From the NCBI GenBank assembly GCA_900088475.1, contig FLMG01003894.1:10270-74269 (forward strand): a DNA stretch of 64,000 bases, read 5' to 3'. A model generated the notes under the pieces. That model did not search any database and was not told the origin of the DNA. It saw only the letters and a program-made list of their open reading frames with translations. Shown here in pieces: positions 12,411-25,937 of this stretch. Position 1 is the stretch's first letter, and each line of letters opens with the position of its first letter. A program made the translations under genes and the position numbers. Origin of the DNA: Hyphochytrium catenoides (Eukaryota; Protista; Hyphochytriomycota).

Positions 12411-12655
12411 AGAATCCGAAAGGGGAGGAAGGGCAAGGGAAGCTCATCAACCAGGAAGTTGAAGGACAGACACGGCGTTTCTTTGAGCCTCGTGGCGCCT
12501 CTGGCTGATCTGTCGAGCTATCTACTCGGTGTTTTTACACCTCGTCTTCATCGCGCGCCCATATCTCCATCTGCAAGTGCAAAGGAAGCTTTCCTTCCTT
12601 ATCCGGAGCTCTACACTCAATAAGAGGACACGCAGCCGCATAAGAAGCGACTGCC

Positions 12656-15519
12656 ATGGAGGACGAAAAGAAAGGTCAACCAGAGGAGCAGGAGGAGGCC
12701 CTGCGGAAGGAGATGACGGTCGGCAAGGAGGCTGAGAAAGAAGACGCCACTGAGGAAGGCAAGAAGGAGACCGAGAAAGAAGAGGCCGGTGAAGAAGGCA
12801 AAAAGGACAGTACCTCCGCGGCTACCCAGACTCTTCTCAAGAAGCTTGAGGAGGCTGACCAACAAATCTTGCAGGAAGTTTCGGACGCGGAGCCTCTCGT
12901 CTTTTCCGTCAATTTAGTTACTCCTTCGGGCTCCACCGTCCGATTGGATCATGTTAGCACCTCGGACACGGTCCTTGGACTCAAGCAGCTCATCGGTGAT
13001 CTACCTGAGCTTGCCTGCGAGACGTGCTACCGCCTTGACCTCGTTAACGGCTCGGAAATGTAAGTATAGGCCAGGCACCTTCCGTCTACCTGATCTTTAT
13101 CTAGAGGTCTGCTTTGCATCTTCCTATATTTCTCCTCCCTACCTCCCCTGTCAGAATGCGCCGCTGCTTCCCTTTCTGTTTAACTGCCCTCTGACCGAGT
13201 ATCTCTTGTGCCGTGCGTCTCAGAGTCACTCTGAACGACTACTCAGAGATCACCGAGTTTCCTGCGCTTAAGGAAGACTGTGAACTGCGCATGGTGAGAG
13301 AGATTTATGACGCCAGGAAGGCGAAGCTTCATTTAAAGAGATTTCGAGAAGTTCTTGCGAACCCGCCAGTTCCTCCTCCTCCAGCAGCTAGCCTCACAGA
13401 GACCGAAGAAGCAGCAGACGCAGAGCCGGAGAGCAGCTCGACTTCGGATCTACCTCTGCCTCCGGGATCAGGAGAGAGGAAGAAGCACAAGAAGGGAAAG
13501 AAGAAGAATGCCAAGAAGGCAGCAGCCGATCAGGAACTAAAACGCGCTCTCGAGGAGCTTCAGTCTCTCGATATTCCTGTCAAAGTGAACCTACTTAAGT
13601 TCTATGAGCATGTAAATAACGCAGTGGGCTCCAGCAAAGAAGAAGGATCGGCCTCTAAGAGCAAGGAGGCCGAAAAGGATAGTGTCTGGCTGCCACAATG
13701 CCTAAAGTCCATCTGCTTTTCGGGGTTCAACCCTCCTCCTGGGCCGCGGAGGCTACAGGGAGACCTCTTCTACCTGGAAGTAACGCCTTTGGAGGGTCCT
13801 GTGCTGCACATCACCGCCTGTCCTCAGGGCTTCTACGTCAACCGTTCCAAGGGAGAGACGTTCTCTGCTCTTCCTGCTGATCAATCTTTCCTTTCTCACT
13901 CACTTCTGGAGCTGCTGTCGACTGCCTCTCCTTCTTTCACTTCCCAATATGAGAAGCTTCTGAAGGAGGCAGAGAAGATTGCTTTAGAAGGCAGTCTCCC
14001 CATTGAAGCACTGCTAGCTTCAGGGAAGAACGTCGGTGCCAAGCCTCAGTGGAACTACCCTTATAAGAAGAGTCAGAAAGAGCCAGATCATAATTTTGAT
14101 AAGGTGCGAGCGGAGGAGAGCCTTCTGTACAGCTATGGAATGGAGGAGAAGGGTGTGGTTAGGGACTGGAACGAGGAATATCAGTGCTGCAAAGAGCTTC
14201 CTTCCGCCACATTGAAGGAAAGAGTTGCTCGGGCCCGTGTTCTCACCAAGATATACGCTGAGTTTGAAGACGCAGCCCGAGCCGGAGCGGTGGCCATTGT
14301 ACAAGGCCACATTCCTGCTCTGAACCCCATGGATCCGCCCAAGGCGCATGTCTATGTGTTCAACTCTATCTTTTTCTCTTACGCCGTGGACGGAAGAAAT
14401 GTCTTTTCTGGAATGGGAGGGGATGAGGCTGCACGGAGTTCTGCTAACCACGACCTCAGGGGAGTGATGCAGGTCAACCTGGCAGGCATACCAGGCTTAC
14501 ACACCTTGCTGACAGCGGTAGTAGACTATTGTGGGCTGAGAGTGGTGGCACAAAGCATCATTCCTGGTATTTTGCAGGGAGAGGCAGCGTCCACCCTCGT
14601 CTATGGCTCTGTGGACAATGGAAATACTCTCGCTTCGGATCCTAAGATGCATGAGATGATGTGCCAGCTAGGAAAGGCCCTGGGAATGGTAGAGAGAGAG
14701 ATCAAGCCTCTTGGAAAGGCACAGAATGAGGAAGAAGGAGAGGCAGAAACCGAGGGGTCTGCAGATGAGAAGCTCGGCGTCAGTATTGGAGGAGGACAAG
14801 CTTCAGAGGATCCGCAGAGGATTTGTGGGCCTGTGGATTGCAAGGGTATCAAGGGCTCAGATGGTCGCTTTTACATCCTTGACTTGGTGAGGATCACCCC
14901 GCGGGACTACACTTACTACGATTTAGCCATGAAGAGGAGCCAAGTGAAGGAGGACGACACCGAGAAGAAACCAGAAGAAGAGGGAGAGAGCCAGGACAAG
15001 AAAGAGAAAGAAACAGCAGGGCTTAACTTCAGCGCCGTGGATGATCCCACGGTCCTCCTCCGACCGGAGTTGGTTCAGCTCTACCTAAAATGGAGTCAAC
15101 ACCGCAAGAGAGCAGCCAAGGAGGGCAAGAAGGGAGAGAATGGAAGCGCCTCGACGGAAAAGGCCTCGGCGGACGCGGAAGAGTCAGGTTCTGGGAACAA
15201 GGAAGAGGAGCAGACGCCAAGTCTAGAAAAGCAGGAAAAAGCGGAGGACAAGCAGGATGAAGCTCTTGATGCCACTCCTCTCAACGTGAATGTCTTCATG
15301 CCTTATGCATGCTCCACGGATGCTGAGGAGGCTGCTCAGGACATCGAGAACGCCAAGGAGGCAGCGGTGTATCTGCAAAAGGTGGGTATCTATCTCGGGA
15401 CTTTGTCTGATGCATCTTCCTACTCGGTGCGCAGTATGGCCATTATCCTAGTCCTAGCCCCATTCTTCTTCAACTCCGTGACCTAGGCTGAACCAGCGAC
15501 ACTCATTCTCTGCCTCCTC

Positions 15520-15577
<58 letters not shown>

Positions 15578-17119
15578 GTCATCGTCCTTTGCCCTTCCTC
15601 TCCCTGCTCGCAATCTCGGTTCCTTCTCTTTCTGTCGGCATAGGTGGTCATTCCAAGCTTTCTTTCGGACCTTGTGCGGGGCACAGTGAATGTTAGCGAT
15701 GGACTCACTCTGACTGAGGCACTGCACTCCGTCGGCATTAACGCACGCTACTTGGGCCGCCTTGCCGCTCTTCTGACCGAGCTAGAGAAAGAACTCTCTC
15801 CTCCTCAGTTTCTCCTTGAGCTCTTGGAGACAGAGATGGTTGCTAGAGCGGCGAAGAGGCTGTTAAGGGACTTTTTGTCTGAGGAGAGTGCCCGGCTTGC
15901 CCCTGGCTCCATAATCCTATCTCTCTTAAACAGCCTGTTGGGGTCTCCTGCTGCTGAAAAGACTGAGCCTACGGGAAAGACGGGGACTAAGAATAAGCAG
16001 CAGAAAGCGAAAGAGAGTGGAAACTCCGGTGCTTCCGCCCCACCCTCTGATGTCCTGAACAGGACCACTCTATGGGGGAAAGTCAAGCAGGAAGTACAGA
16101 GTCACTTTGGCTACAATCTCCGCTTGTGGGGCTCAACAGCGGGCTCGGATCGATGTGATGCTCTGCCACTTCTGAGGCGGTTCTGCCTCGTGACAGGTGT
16201 GCAGGTTCTTGCAAAAGAATACGACTTCACTTCTTCGTCTCCGTTCTCCCTTGAAGACGTCTATGATCTTCTCCCCGTTGTGAAGTCTAGTCAGCCCAAG
16301 CAGCCCCTGAAGGATGCTGCAGCCATCTTAGAGAGGGCTCGCCTCTATCTGGCAGCAGGTCAAGCTCCTAAGGCCTACCAACTGGCACAAGAGAGTGCCC
16401 TTCTTCTCTTCCAAGTCACCGGTCCGGTCCATCAGGAGCTAGCCTATACCTCTGTCTTGCTTGCTATGGCAGCCTACGAGGCTCAGGACCCTCTTGGTGC
16501 CTTTTCTCAGCAGCAAAGGGCACTCTCTCTCTTCTCGCAGCTAGACGGTCTAGACCATCCTCACACGGCGCATGCACACGCTACAATGGCCCTTTACTGC
16601 CAGGCAGTAGGTGATGGACCCTTGGCTATTCGTCACACACGGCGAGCTATCTACTTGTTAGAACTTGTGGGAGGAGAGCGAGGAAGAGAGGTCATGGTGC
16701 TCTATCATAAGCTGGGACAGCTTTACCACGAGATGGGCCTGGTGAATGGTGCTCTTAAGAGCTTCGGAGAGAGTCTTAGGCGCTGCACTGACGATCATCT
16801 CCATATCGCTGCTGTCCTGCACTCTCTGGCGCTCGTTTATTCATCGGTTGGCGCCTACAGGGAGGCGATGAAGTTTGAAAAGAAGGCCTTCGCACTGTTC
16901 AAGGAGCTCCTTGGGGAGAATGACTATAGGACTAAGGACTGCGCCCTCCTCCTCGCCGTCTTCACTGAGAGGGCAGTGGAAGGTGCCAAGCTGGACAAGC
17001 AGCAGGAGGCAGCGGCGGCATCTGATGCGGCTGCAGCTGACCTAGTAGCTTCAGAACTGCTGAGGCTAGAGGAAGAGAAGGCAGGAAAGAAGAAGAAGAA
17101 GCAGAAGGGCAAGAAGTAA
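12656..17119 (+). CDS. CLU1: Clustered mitochondria protein (CLU1/CLUH/TIF31), 3 exons
   Basis: CLU_N region; SGFNPPPGPRRLQGDLFYLEV, RDWNEEYQ, DYCGLRVVAQSIIPGIL, CKGIKGSDGRFYILDLVR, DGLTLTEALHSVGINARYLG and C-terminal TPRs. GT-AG introns near 13059-13223 and 15382-15643. Confidence 0.95.
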
Positions 17120-17535
17120 AGGATGACCAAGAAAGTTCCCATAGGGAATAGCAGGAGTCGTTCCTCTATTAGAGACGACAGAAGTAACTTCTACGTTGCT
17201 TATCCCCTCCGTCTTGGGCCTGAACGGCTCCATAGTTTCAGAGTGACAAATGCCTTCATGATTCAAGCGAGGGAGGACAGGGGACGGTGCACGGGGTTGC
17301 CTACTAGCGTCTTAAGCCATAATCATAGGGTTAGCTCTGTAGACATTCAAAAGATCATTGGGACCGAAGAAACTCTTTGTGCCTCCCTCGCATTAACAAT
17401 CTTTCACCGACACTTAGGCTGTGCAGAATAAATAGAAGGACACTCACAGCCTGCCCTAGCTTTCACTGCTGTTATACAACGTCCCATACCCTTCCTCTTG
17501 ACCTATTCTCTCGCGCCTAACAGGAGCTGACTTTC

Positions 17536-19159
17536 TCAAGGCATCCGATCGAAGGGCTCTGTGTCCTTGTAGCAGTGTTCGAACACTGCAGCTACAAAGT
17601 CCTCGGCCTGATTATTGAAAGTAAGTGAGGATCTCTTGATGCACCAAAGAGGGGGATGGGCCACAAGGTAGGCCCTGCAGGAAATAACAGAAAGAAAAGG
17701 ATCGAGCTTAACAGCGTGGAGACGTGGCGTGCGTACCTTCTCACGGCAATGCGGGAGGCCTTCCAGAGACAATCGAGCACGACGTTTGACGCAAACCTGT
17801 CCCCAGACGGTGTTCAAATGGCGGTTGGAGGTCGGTTGAGGGAGGAACGAAGAGTGCATAGAGTAAGAAGGGATTCACCCTGTGTCTTAGATGAGGAGCG
17901 GGGAGACGTCACCTGGTGCTGCTTCATGACCGCAAAGTTCCTCCGGTTTATCTCCACCCAAAAGTCGCAATCTCCACTTAGAGCAGCAGCTCTCACCTAC
18001 TTAGGATACTTTATGAGACGCTTCTGCTGTTTCTATCTGCCTCTCTTCTCTGTAATCCTCTTTCTCTTTCACTCATCTCTATCTCTATCTCTGTCTCTGT
18101 CTCTCTCTCTCTCTCTCTCTCTTTCTCCCTCTCTCTGTGTCTCCCTCTCTCTCTCCCCGTCTCTCTAGATGTAGATATATCTTTGATCAATCTTCTTCTG
18201 ACCTCGCTACAAGCCAGGTGAAGGCAGTTGTCTGGCTTCATGTGTGCTCTACACCGGTCAAACGCGTGGATGAGCTCGTGGGTGATGGTACGGTCCACAT
18301 GCGACTGTTTCACCATGTGGTTCGCGCAGAGTACAACCTGCCCACCCCAGAAGACGAGAGAGACAATAATCAAAAGGAAGCACGGCACAGGTTGAGGGAG
18401 AGGACAGGTGAGAAAGAGAAGAAAGAAGAGAGCTGATGCAAGAAATTATAAGAGAAGGAAGAGCCTGGTCAGGACAGCATGGGCAGAGGGTCACTGGAGA
18501 TAAGAAGGATGGAAGCCGGAGACGAAGAGAGTCAAGAGGCACTGATTAAGAGAGAGAGGTAGTGCGCAGCCCGCATCTGAGAGTAGAGGCACTCATAGCC
18601 TTGATAACGTCAAAGGAAGAGCGGAGCAGAAGGCGCCAGTACGCACGTAAGGCTTGCCGTCCTCGTCCATCTGGAACCCTCCGAGGATGGGACCGTCACA
18701 GTGAACTGCCTTGAACACCCGCGGATGGAGCTCACACCCCATCCCTTCAATCTTTTCCATCATGAACTTCACCATTGGAGCTGCAGGTAGGAGGACAGAG
18801 ATTAGCTCAAAGGAGAAGATGGCAGGAAAGGCAAGCCACGTTAGAGTGTGGAATAGACTGATAGCTAATGCGACGAAGGGACAACGGAGCGAGGCCGAGA
18901 AAAGCGCTTGGTATACATTGGTACAGACAGGTCCGGGACATTCAGGAGAAGAGATGCGAGAGCCCAGGAGTGGTGCAGTGAGAGCCCTTGGAGCCAAAGG
19001 AAGAGTGGGGCGCTTGAGCGATGCAGAGAAGGTTTTAGCGGGTTCCGTACATCTCCGGATGGCATGATGAACTTTTTTATAGCATTTCTCAATCTCCTCC
19101 TGGTGCTCCGGAGGCGCCGTCTCCTCTGTGGACTCGACAGCCCGCTTCAGATCATCCAT
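17536..19159 (-). CDS. ATP23: Mitochondrial inner-membrane metalloprotease ATP23 (peptidase M76), about 6 exons
   Basis: PMVKFMMEKIEGMGC, CDGPILGGF, VVLCAN...THELIHAFDRCRA...CLHLACSEVRAAALSGDC, CVKRRARLS, VFEHCYKDTEPF. Confidence 0.93.
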
Positions 19160-19703
19160 GGCTCGGGATCTCTCTTAACACCTGCTCGCTCCTCTCCCCT
19201 GCGCGCCACCGTCGCTTTGACCTGGCTCTCAGTCCAGAGATCTGCTAGCGCGTGTGGCTCTGTAGCCGAGTACCTCGTCTCTGTCTGCGCTTGAGCCGGG
19301 ATGTTGGGCGTCTCTAATGAAGCTGCAGAAACAGCGGCGACGACCAGAAAAGAAAAAATCTCTGGATGGTGGTGACGGCGTAGTAATACGCGGCTGGTCA
19401 TCGGATCCCATAACCTGAGAGCCGGTGGTCAATGGAAAGTAGTAATACTGTTGGAGCTCGGGTATGGGGCTCTGCCATCATCAGAGCTCCAAGGATCTGG
19501 AGAAATCTTTGTCCTTTGACCTGTCTCCAGTCATCAAAAAGTCACCCTTGCGGAGCGCTCTCTCTCACGGCTCAGCCTCTCTCTATGCTTGTCTAAGAGC
19601 TCCTCTATCTAGAAGTCTTCGGCTACAACGCAGAGTCCCAGCCTCTAAGCGAGTGATAAGCTCTTTCTGTCTCAGTGCTGCTTTGCCTTCTAGCTGATCA
19701 ACA

Positions 19704-19848
19704 ATGTCCTCAACGAAGATGGTGGCAAGAGATGAAGAGCTGGAGGTGGAAGTGCGGAGAGAAGATCAAGATAAGATTAATGAGTTCGGAAGGCTGAACT
19801 TTCGGAAGCACGAGCTCAAAGCTGACATCCAAAGACTAAAGGTGAGAA

Positions 19849-19886
<38 letters not shown>

Positions 19887-20572
19887 GTCTCTCTGTGTCT
19901 CTCTTTCATCCTCTCTCTGTCTCTTTCGCCATATCTGTCTCTCTCTCTCTCTGTTGAGCTCGTTCACCACTTGCGGAGTATTAGCTCACCGATAAATACC
20001 TCTAGGAAAAGCTGGAGCGGCTCGATGACGCCTCAACGGAGCTGATGATGGCTGAAGGCGAGCCCGTCCAGTAGGTCCCTGGCCTCGGAACGAACCCCTT
20101 TCTCCATTTCCCTCACACTTCTACTCGCTAGGCTGTACATCGGCGACTGCTTTGTGCAGACAGAAGAAGAGTACGCCACAGATTACTTAGAGAAAGAGCA
20201 GGAGGTGAGTTCATTGAAGAAGATATGGTTGATCTCTTTATTCCTCGCCGCTACCTTATTCTCATGGACTCTCTCTTGAACCTTAGAAACTCCAGACAGA
20301 GCAGTCAGATTTATCCGCAGAGCTAGAGCGCGTACTGGCTCGACAGCAGGTAGGGGGAAGATAGAAACGCTTGAGGGTGCTCTGATCTACTCCCCATCCT
20401 TTTCTCTCTTCTCTCCCCTCTCTCTTTGGCAGATCATATCTCAACTATCACTAGTCTCCACTTGGCTCGCGTGTCTCTCTCGTGTCTGTCATCGGTAACA
20501 ATCTCCATATAGGAGCTTAAGAAAACGTTGTATGGACGCTTCGGGAAGAGCATCAACCTCGAGGACGAGTGA
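19704..20572 (+). CDS. PFDN4: Prefoldin subunit 4, 5 exons
   Basis: EVEVRREDQDKINEFGRLN, LDDASTELMM, YIGDCFV, ELKKTLYGRFGKSINLEDE*. All introns GT-AG. Confidence 0.94.
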
Positions 20573-21026
20573 TCTTCTTCGTGGAAACGAAGACACACAC
20601 ACCATCGTCCTCCCTCTACCTGACCTGAGGCGACCTTGACCTTATCGTCGAGCTTGTCGAAGAGTGTATCAAGATTGGATGGGCAACTTGTAGATGGCCA
20701 ACCGATAACCGGCAGAGGCTGTAGAGAGTTAGTTCATGCCTCGGATATGGCCTGAGTGAACATAGAACTGCCACTGCTCCCAGCTCGTGCCAGAACCTGC
20801 TGCTACGGCGTACTTCTAAGGTCCTCACATAGAGGACCAGCAAGAGATGAGCCTTAACCGATGATTGGCTGACTTGATGACATCGAAGTGCTTCTTCATC
20901 TCTGCCGTTCTCCTCTCATGTCCTTCTCTCGGTGGCCTCTTGCTCCCCTCCCTCGCCTGCGCTGCCTCGCACAGCTAGGAGCGTTAAAGTCGAGAAGAAC
21001 GGACTCCTCTAGCCTTCCGGTGTATG

Positions 21027-22500
21027 TTATGGTCGACTTTTCTTCATGATGTAGACAAAGGTGGGCCCACCCGTCTGCGGGTCAGAAGGATCAGAAAGAA
21101 TCTCTGTCGCCTCGATGGAGGTAAACTTCGCCCACTTTAGATAGCTGCTGGACAGCTTGTAGCTGAGCGTAGATATCAGGATTAGCAGTCCTACCAGCGG
21201 ATCGATGGATGAGGTGTTGGTCAGGAGGGCAAAAGGACATAGCAAGGAAAAGGCCGACTGCTTGTATAAGTGGCAGTAAAGAAGAGATTGATTGGCATGG
21301 ACAAAGCTAAATTGTCTTGAACTGCAAGAGAGTCCAAGGGAACGTACCTCCTTTGACCAAAACTCTGTGATACTCTTTGACGGCTCGTCGAGCGTGATCT
21401 TCCCCGGCATGAGGGTCGCAGGCGATGGAGTCGAGGCAGCCCTTGTCCACCACCACGTCAAACGACTCATTCGGAAACGTCAGTTCCATGGCATCCATAA
21501 GGACATACTCCATGCCACGCTGAGAAAGAAGCATGAGGCCATAAGAAAATTTGAACAGAAACCACGAGACTTAGCGAGAAGAAACGAGTAGCTGCTGTCA
21601 ATCAAAGTTTGTTGTGAGTGTGTTAGGGAAGAAGAGGGTGAGAGGCGAGCACCCATAAAATTAGTAGAAGACAAGCTGAGTCACGTACAACTCTCGCTTT
21701 GTTGAGCCTCCTAATGAGCGTCCTCGAGCTGTCAATATTGGTGATGGATCGGACACCGTGTCGCATGAGGCATTTGGCCAGTGCTGGACCACGGGGCACG
21801 ACGTTCATGTAGGGTGAGATCGTAGTAGAACATGGTCCAAGGTAGCGAGAGAGATTGGTCGACAGTAAGAAAAAGAAAAGGAGAGAGGTGGGGCGCGGAA
21901 AGAGAGAGCGCGTGTGTGACTTAAGTGACGTGGGCTTCTCGGCTAATGATAAGCAATGCTGGCTACCTGATGTCCCACAGCCCACGTGAAGGATACGATC
22001 GCCTGAGCGGAGGTAGGACCTAAAGATGGGCCGAAGAGCCTCATAGGCAATGTACCAATCATACTCCGAGGCGTCTCTGAACGTGAAGAAGGTAAGGGCA
22101 ACGTCAAGAAAACCCGTAGCGAAACTCTGCCTACTTTGTATAGAGCTTCTCCCAATAAGCCTACGTACGTCCCAAGACGGAAACGTCAGTCGTGCATACG
22201 GACAAGTGCGACGCTTCGCGGTACCTTTGAGTAGTAAGAAGCTTCTTTGCTGTCTCTTGATGGACCAACACTGGCCCTGCGACGACTCTCATCGTCGCTG
22301 TCATCCTCACTAATGTCAGAATCAAACAGCATATCCAAGGCCCTGGGCTTGAAGAGTAGGCTGATGATAACAGAGAGACCTAGTAGGCTAATGGAGCACA
22401 GCATGACGAAGACCACTGACGAGAGTTCCCTGGATGCCATCAGATGATGCAAGTCAAAATATCCTGTGTTTCTCAGTTCCATCGTTGATACAGTCATCAT
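21027..22500 (-). CDS. Class I SAM-dependent methyltransferase, METTL13-N/EEF1AKMT4-like, with an N-terminal hydrophobic segment
   Basis: Spliced motifs YYSKAYWEKLY, YDWY, DRILHVGCGTS, ITNIDSS, MDAMELTFPNESFDVVVDKGCLDSI, EYHRVLVKGG. Start codon uncertain. Confidence 0.8.
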
Positions 22501-23347
22501 GGGCTCGCGGAGTAGCCAAGCGATGCCAAAGCGATCAGGGACCGAGGCACCTCGATCCTCGCTGTACCATTTGCTGCGGGCAGTACTTTTTCCTAGGAAA
22601 AACTGTGAGCTCTTAGCACTCCGGTAAGCGCAATGAGTACTCTCCTGGGGACTGAGGCGATATATATATATATATGCAGCTTCAGACCTGTACAGGTCGA
22701 TGACTGGCTGCCTGAGACAGATCTGCAGACATCTGCGGAGCATCATCGTGAGCTCCGATGAGCTCTGAGTGAGTGTCGAAGGCCGAAGTTCTGCAGTTCT
22801 CCAGCAGCTTGAAGCTTCACCTTGAGCTTCACACATCGCTGATAACCGAACATAGCCAGATACAGATTATCTTTCAGTGATCCTCAGGACAATCAAAGAT
22901 CGGACTTTCATTTCCTTTCTCGGGAAACCTTGAGGCGTTTAACGGACTGAAAAATTGAAGGAAACGCAGTGCATAATGTCAGTGGAGAAAGTTCTTTGAA
23001 AGATTGCTTCAATGAATCTTTCGATATCTTGGACTGCAACATGTGCTGAGTGTGTTTGTCTCTGTAAACTATGCGGTGAAGCGACACTGGGTTTGACGCG
23101 GGCCTTTGCCTTTGTGTTTCTACTGCAGCAAACTAACTTCCGCACTGTCGGCGTCGGTCAGGGTGGCACTTTGAAGATCTGCAGACAGAGTTCGCCTTGC
23201 AGAGCGATCTTCATATCAACGTCTGAGCCGCCGCTAACAGACAGGGCTAGCCGAAGGGCACACGATAAAGCCGAGGGGAACTTGGTACTCTGTAGAACAC
23301 CTAAGATCTACCAGTCTTCGCTAAGCTCTTGATACAGGGCGGCTATC

Positions 23348-25676
23348 ATGGCGCACCACCATGCAGATCTTGCTGCAGATCTCCAGGCATTCAAGCTCCA
23401 TCAGAAGGCTGTGGTCAGAGATTATTACGTTGAGCCAAGACTAGGTACGACTTGTAGTCTGTGTGGATGCCTCTAAGCCAGCTGACTATTTCTTCAAGAT
23501 TATCGTACTATCAGTGGCGTGAATGGGCCCCTGGTGATTGTAGAGAATGTCAAGGTAAGGATTGCCACTCCGAAAAATAAGGCCATATGAAGACAACGGC
23601 TGTGCTGATTCAGCTCCTTTCCAGCTCCCAAAATACAATGAGATCGTGAATCTTACGCTTGCAAATGGTGAGACTCGGCAAGGACAAGTGTTGGAGGTGC
23701 AAGGCTCCCGAGCCGTCGTGCAGGTAACATCGAGCTCATCCTCAATGCACAGCACCCAAAGGACCAGCCTGACTGAGCCTCTGCAAAGGTCTTTGAAGGC
23801 ACAGACGGGATTGATAATAGGCATACCCATTGTGAGTTTACCGGCGATGTCTTGCGGATGCCTATCTCCGAAGAGATGCTTGGCAGAGCCTTCAATGGTT
23901 CAGGGAAGGCTATCGACGGCGCACCACCGGTGTTAGCGGAGGAGTATCTTGATATTCAGGGTAAAACTTTTCCACTTCTTTAGCGTCGGTTCTCCTCTCG
24001 GCATCTGAGCAGCTTGCTTGCACAGGCCAACCTATCAACCCCTCGTGCCGTGATTATCCCAAGGCTATGATTCAGACGGGTATCTCCGGTATCGACGTGA
24101 TGAACTCCATTGCCAGGGGGCAAAAGATTCCTCTTTTCTCTGCAGCTGGTCTCCCGCACAATGAAGTACGTTTTTTCGTAAAGGGCACCCTTGATCTCCT
24201 CTTAAATGCACCGCTTGTATAGGCGCGAGTACCGACATCGAGGCTCATGTCTCTTTCTTCTCTAACCTATGATTCCCTTGTGTTCTAACCGATCGCCCCG
24301 TAGATTGCTGCACAAATTGTGCGTCAGGCGGGGTTGGTGAAGAAGAAGGACGTCATTGACGGTAGTGACGAGAACTTTGCCATTGTCTTCGGTGCTATGG
24401 GTGTTAATATGGAGACGGCACGTTTCTTCCGCAACGACTTCGAGGAGAGTGGCGCCATCCAGCGGACAGCCCTTTTCATGAACTTGGCGAATGATCCTAC
24501 CATTGAGCGCATTATCACACCCCGTCTAGCTCTCACGACTGCTGAGTACTTAGCCTACGAGAGGGACTTGCATGTGCTGGTTATCTTGACAGATATGAGT
24601 TCCTATGCCGATGCTCTGAGAGAAGTATCTGCTGCAAGAGAAGAAGTGCCAGGCCGAAGAGGCTATCCTGGTTATATGTACACAGATCTCTCCACAATTT
24701 ATGAGAGAGCGGGACGAGTGATGGGGCGCAACGGGTCAATCACGCAGCTGCCCATCCTCACCATGCCAAACGACGATATCACACATCCAATCCCAGATTT
24801 GACTGGGTACATCACGGAGGGACAGATCTATGTAGACAGACAGCTGCACAACCGTCAGATCTTCCCACCAATCAATGTGTTGCCGTCTCTGTCTCGTCTG
24901 ATGAAGTCCGCCATTGGTGAGGGGATGACCCGAGATGATCATGGCGCTGTCTCCAACCAACTGGTAAGGCTTTCAGTAGGTAGCGTCGAACTGGACGGTA
25001 GACGTCCTTTGGAGCCAGTATGATAGCTGACGCTCTTCCTTTATTTTTCTTTATTCTCTCCATCTCTCTATCGGCTAACGTATCGCTGATGCCATAGTAT
25101 GCGAGTTATGCTACCGGAAAGGACGTCTTGGCTATGAAGGCGGTCGTGGGAGAGGAGGCTCTTTCTCTGGAAGACCACCTGTATCTGAAGTTCACAGAGA
25201 AGTTCGAGAGCAAGTTCATTGCTCAAGGTACCCTCCCATCTCTGTTTTAAAGACTGGTAGTGTAGGCTGCCAATCTATGAGCGTGTGCCGGCGACGATAA
25301 GCGAGGGAGGTGTGTCTTGATGGAAGGAGAAAGTGAGCAAATAGAGCTTTGGTCACGCCACGAGGGGAAGGGCGGATGGCAGTTCCCCACTTTGTTCCTT
25401 CTCGACGACGCACGGCGCCCGCACTCTTTTTTTGGCAAGCGGTCAGTCCAAGGCTCACTGTATATTTCTTATCTCTGTCGCCCCGTTCTTCTCTCTCTTC
25501 TCTGTGTCCTAGGTCCTTATGAGTCTAGGGATATTTTCGAATCCCTGGACCTTGCGTGGTCTCTCTTCCGTGCCTTCCCTAGAGAACTCCTCAAGAAGAT
25601 TCCAAAGGAGCAGCTGGACAAGTACTATGCCAGGAGGTCCAAGGGTGAAGAAGAGGTGGATGCCGAGAAGGAGTAA
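23348..25676 (+). CDS. VMA2: V-type H+-ATPase subunit B, 8 exons
   Basis: [93 protein letters not shown]. All introns GT-AG. Confidence 0.97.
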
Positions 25677-25937
25677 GTAAGCGGTCAGTTATAAGGTAAA
25701 AAGGAGGAAAAAGACGGTAGAGAAGGCTAAAAGAGAGGAAGCTCGTACTCTCACTTTCTCAGTGGTAGGAGAAGCTTTCTTAACAGATTTATAGCAGATT
25801 TCCTTTGACTCTGAACCAGCTTAGGGTGAACAAGTCTTCACTCTCTCCTCGATGGCCATGGGTGCTCTCCTTTCTATCTGCTCTTTCCTTATTCCTTTCT
25901 GTTGCTGTGATTCTCCTATACTCAAGCGCTTCTTGGT

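Noticed and set aside
11989-12623. ORFs rich in ER or LS dipeptides (also near 29.6, 34.9, 56.8-57.7 and 59.2-60.7 kb)
   Set aside because: They are translations of GA/CT microsatellites, not genes.
20590-20980. Exon-like segments downstream of the methyltransferase stop
   Set aside because: No consistent stop-free splice chain could be built.
21988-21996. GTATCCTT on the minus strand, a possible U12 donor in the methyltransferase
   Set aside because: It lies inside the conserved coding motif DRILHVGCG, and the exon continues to a normal GT donor.
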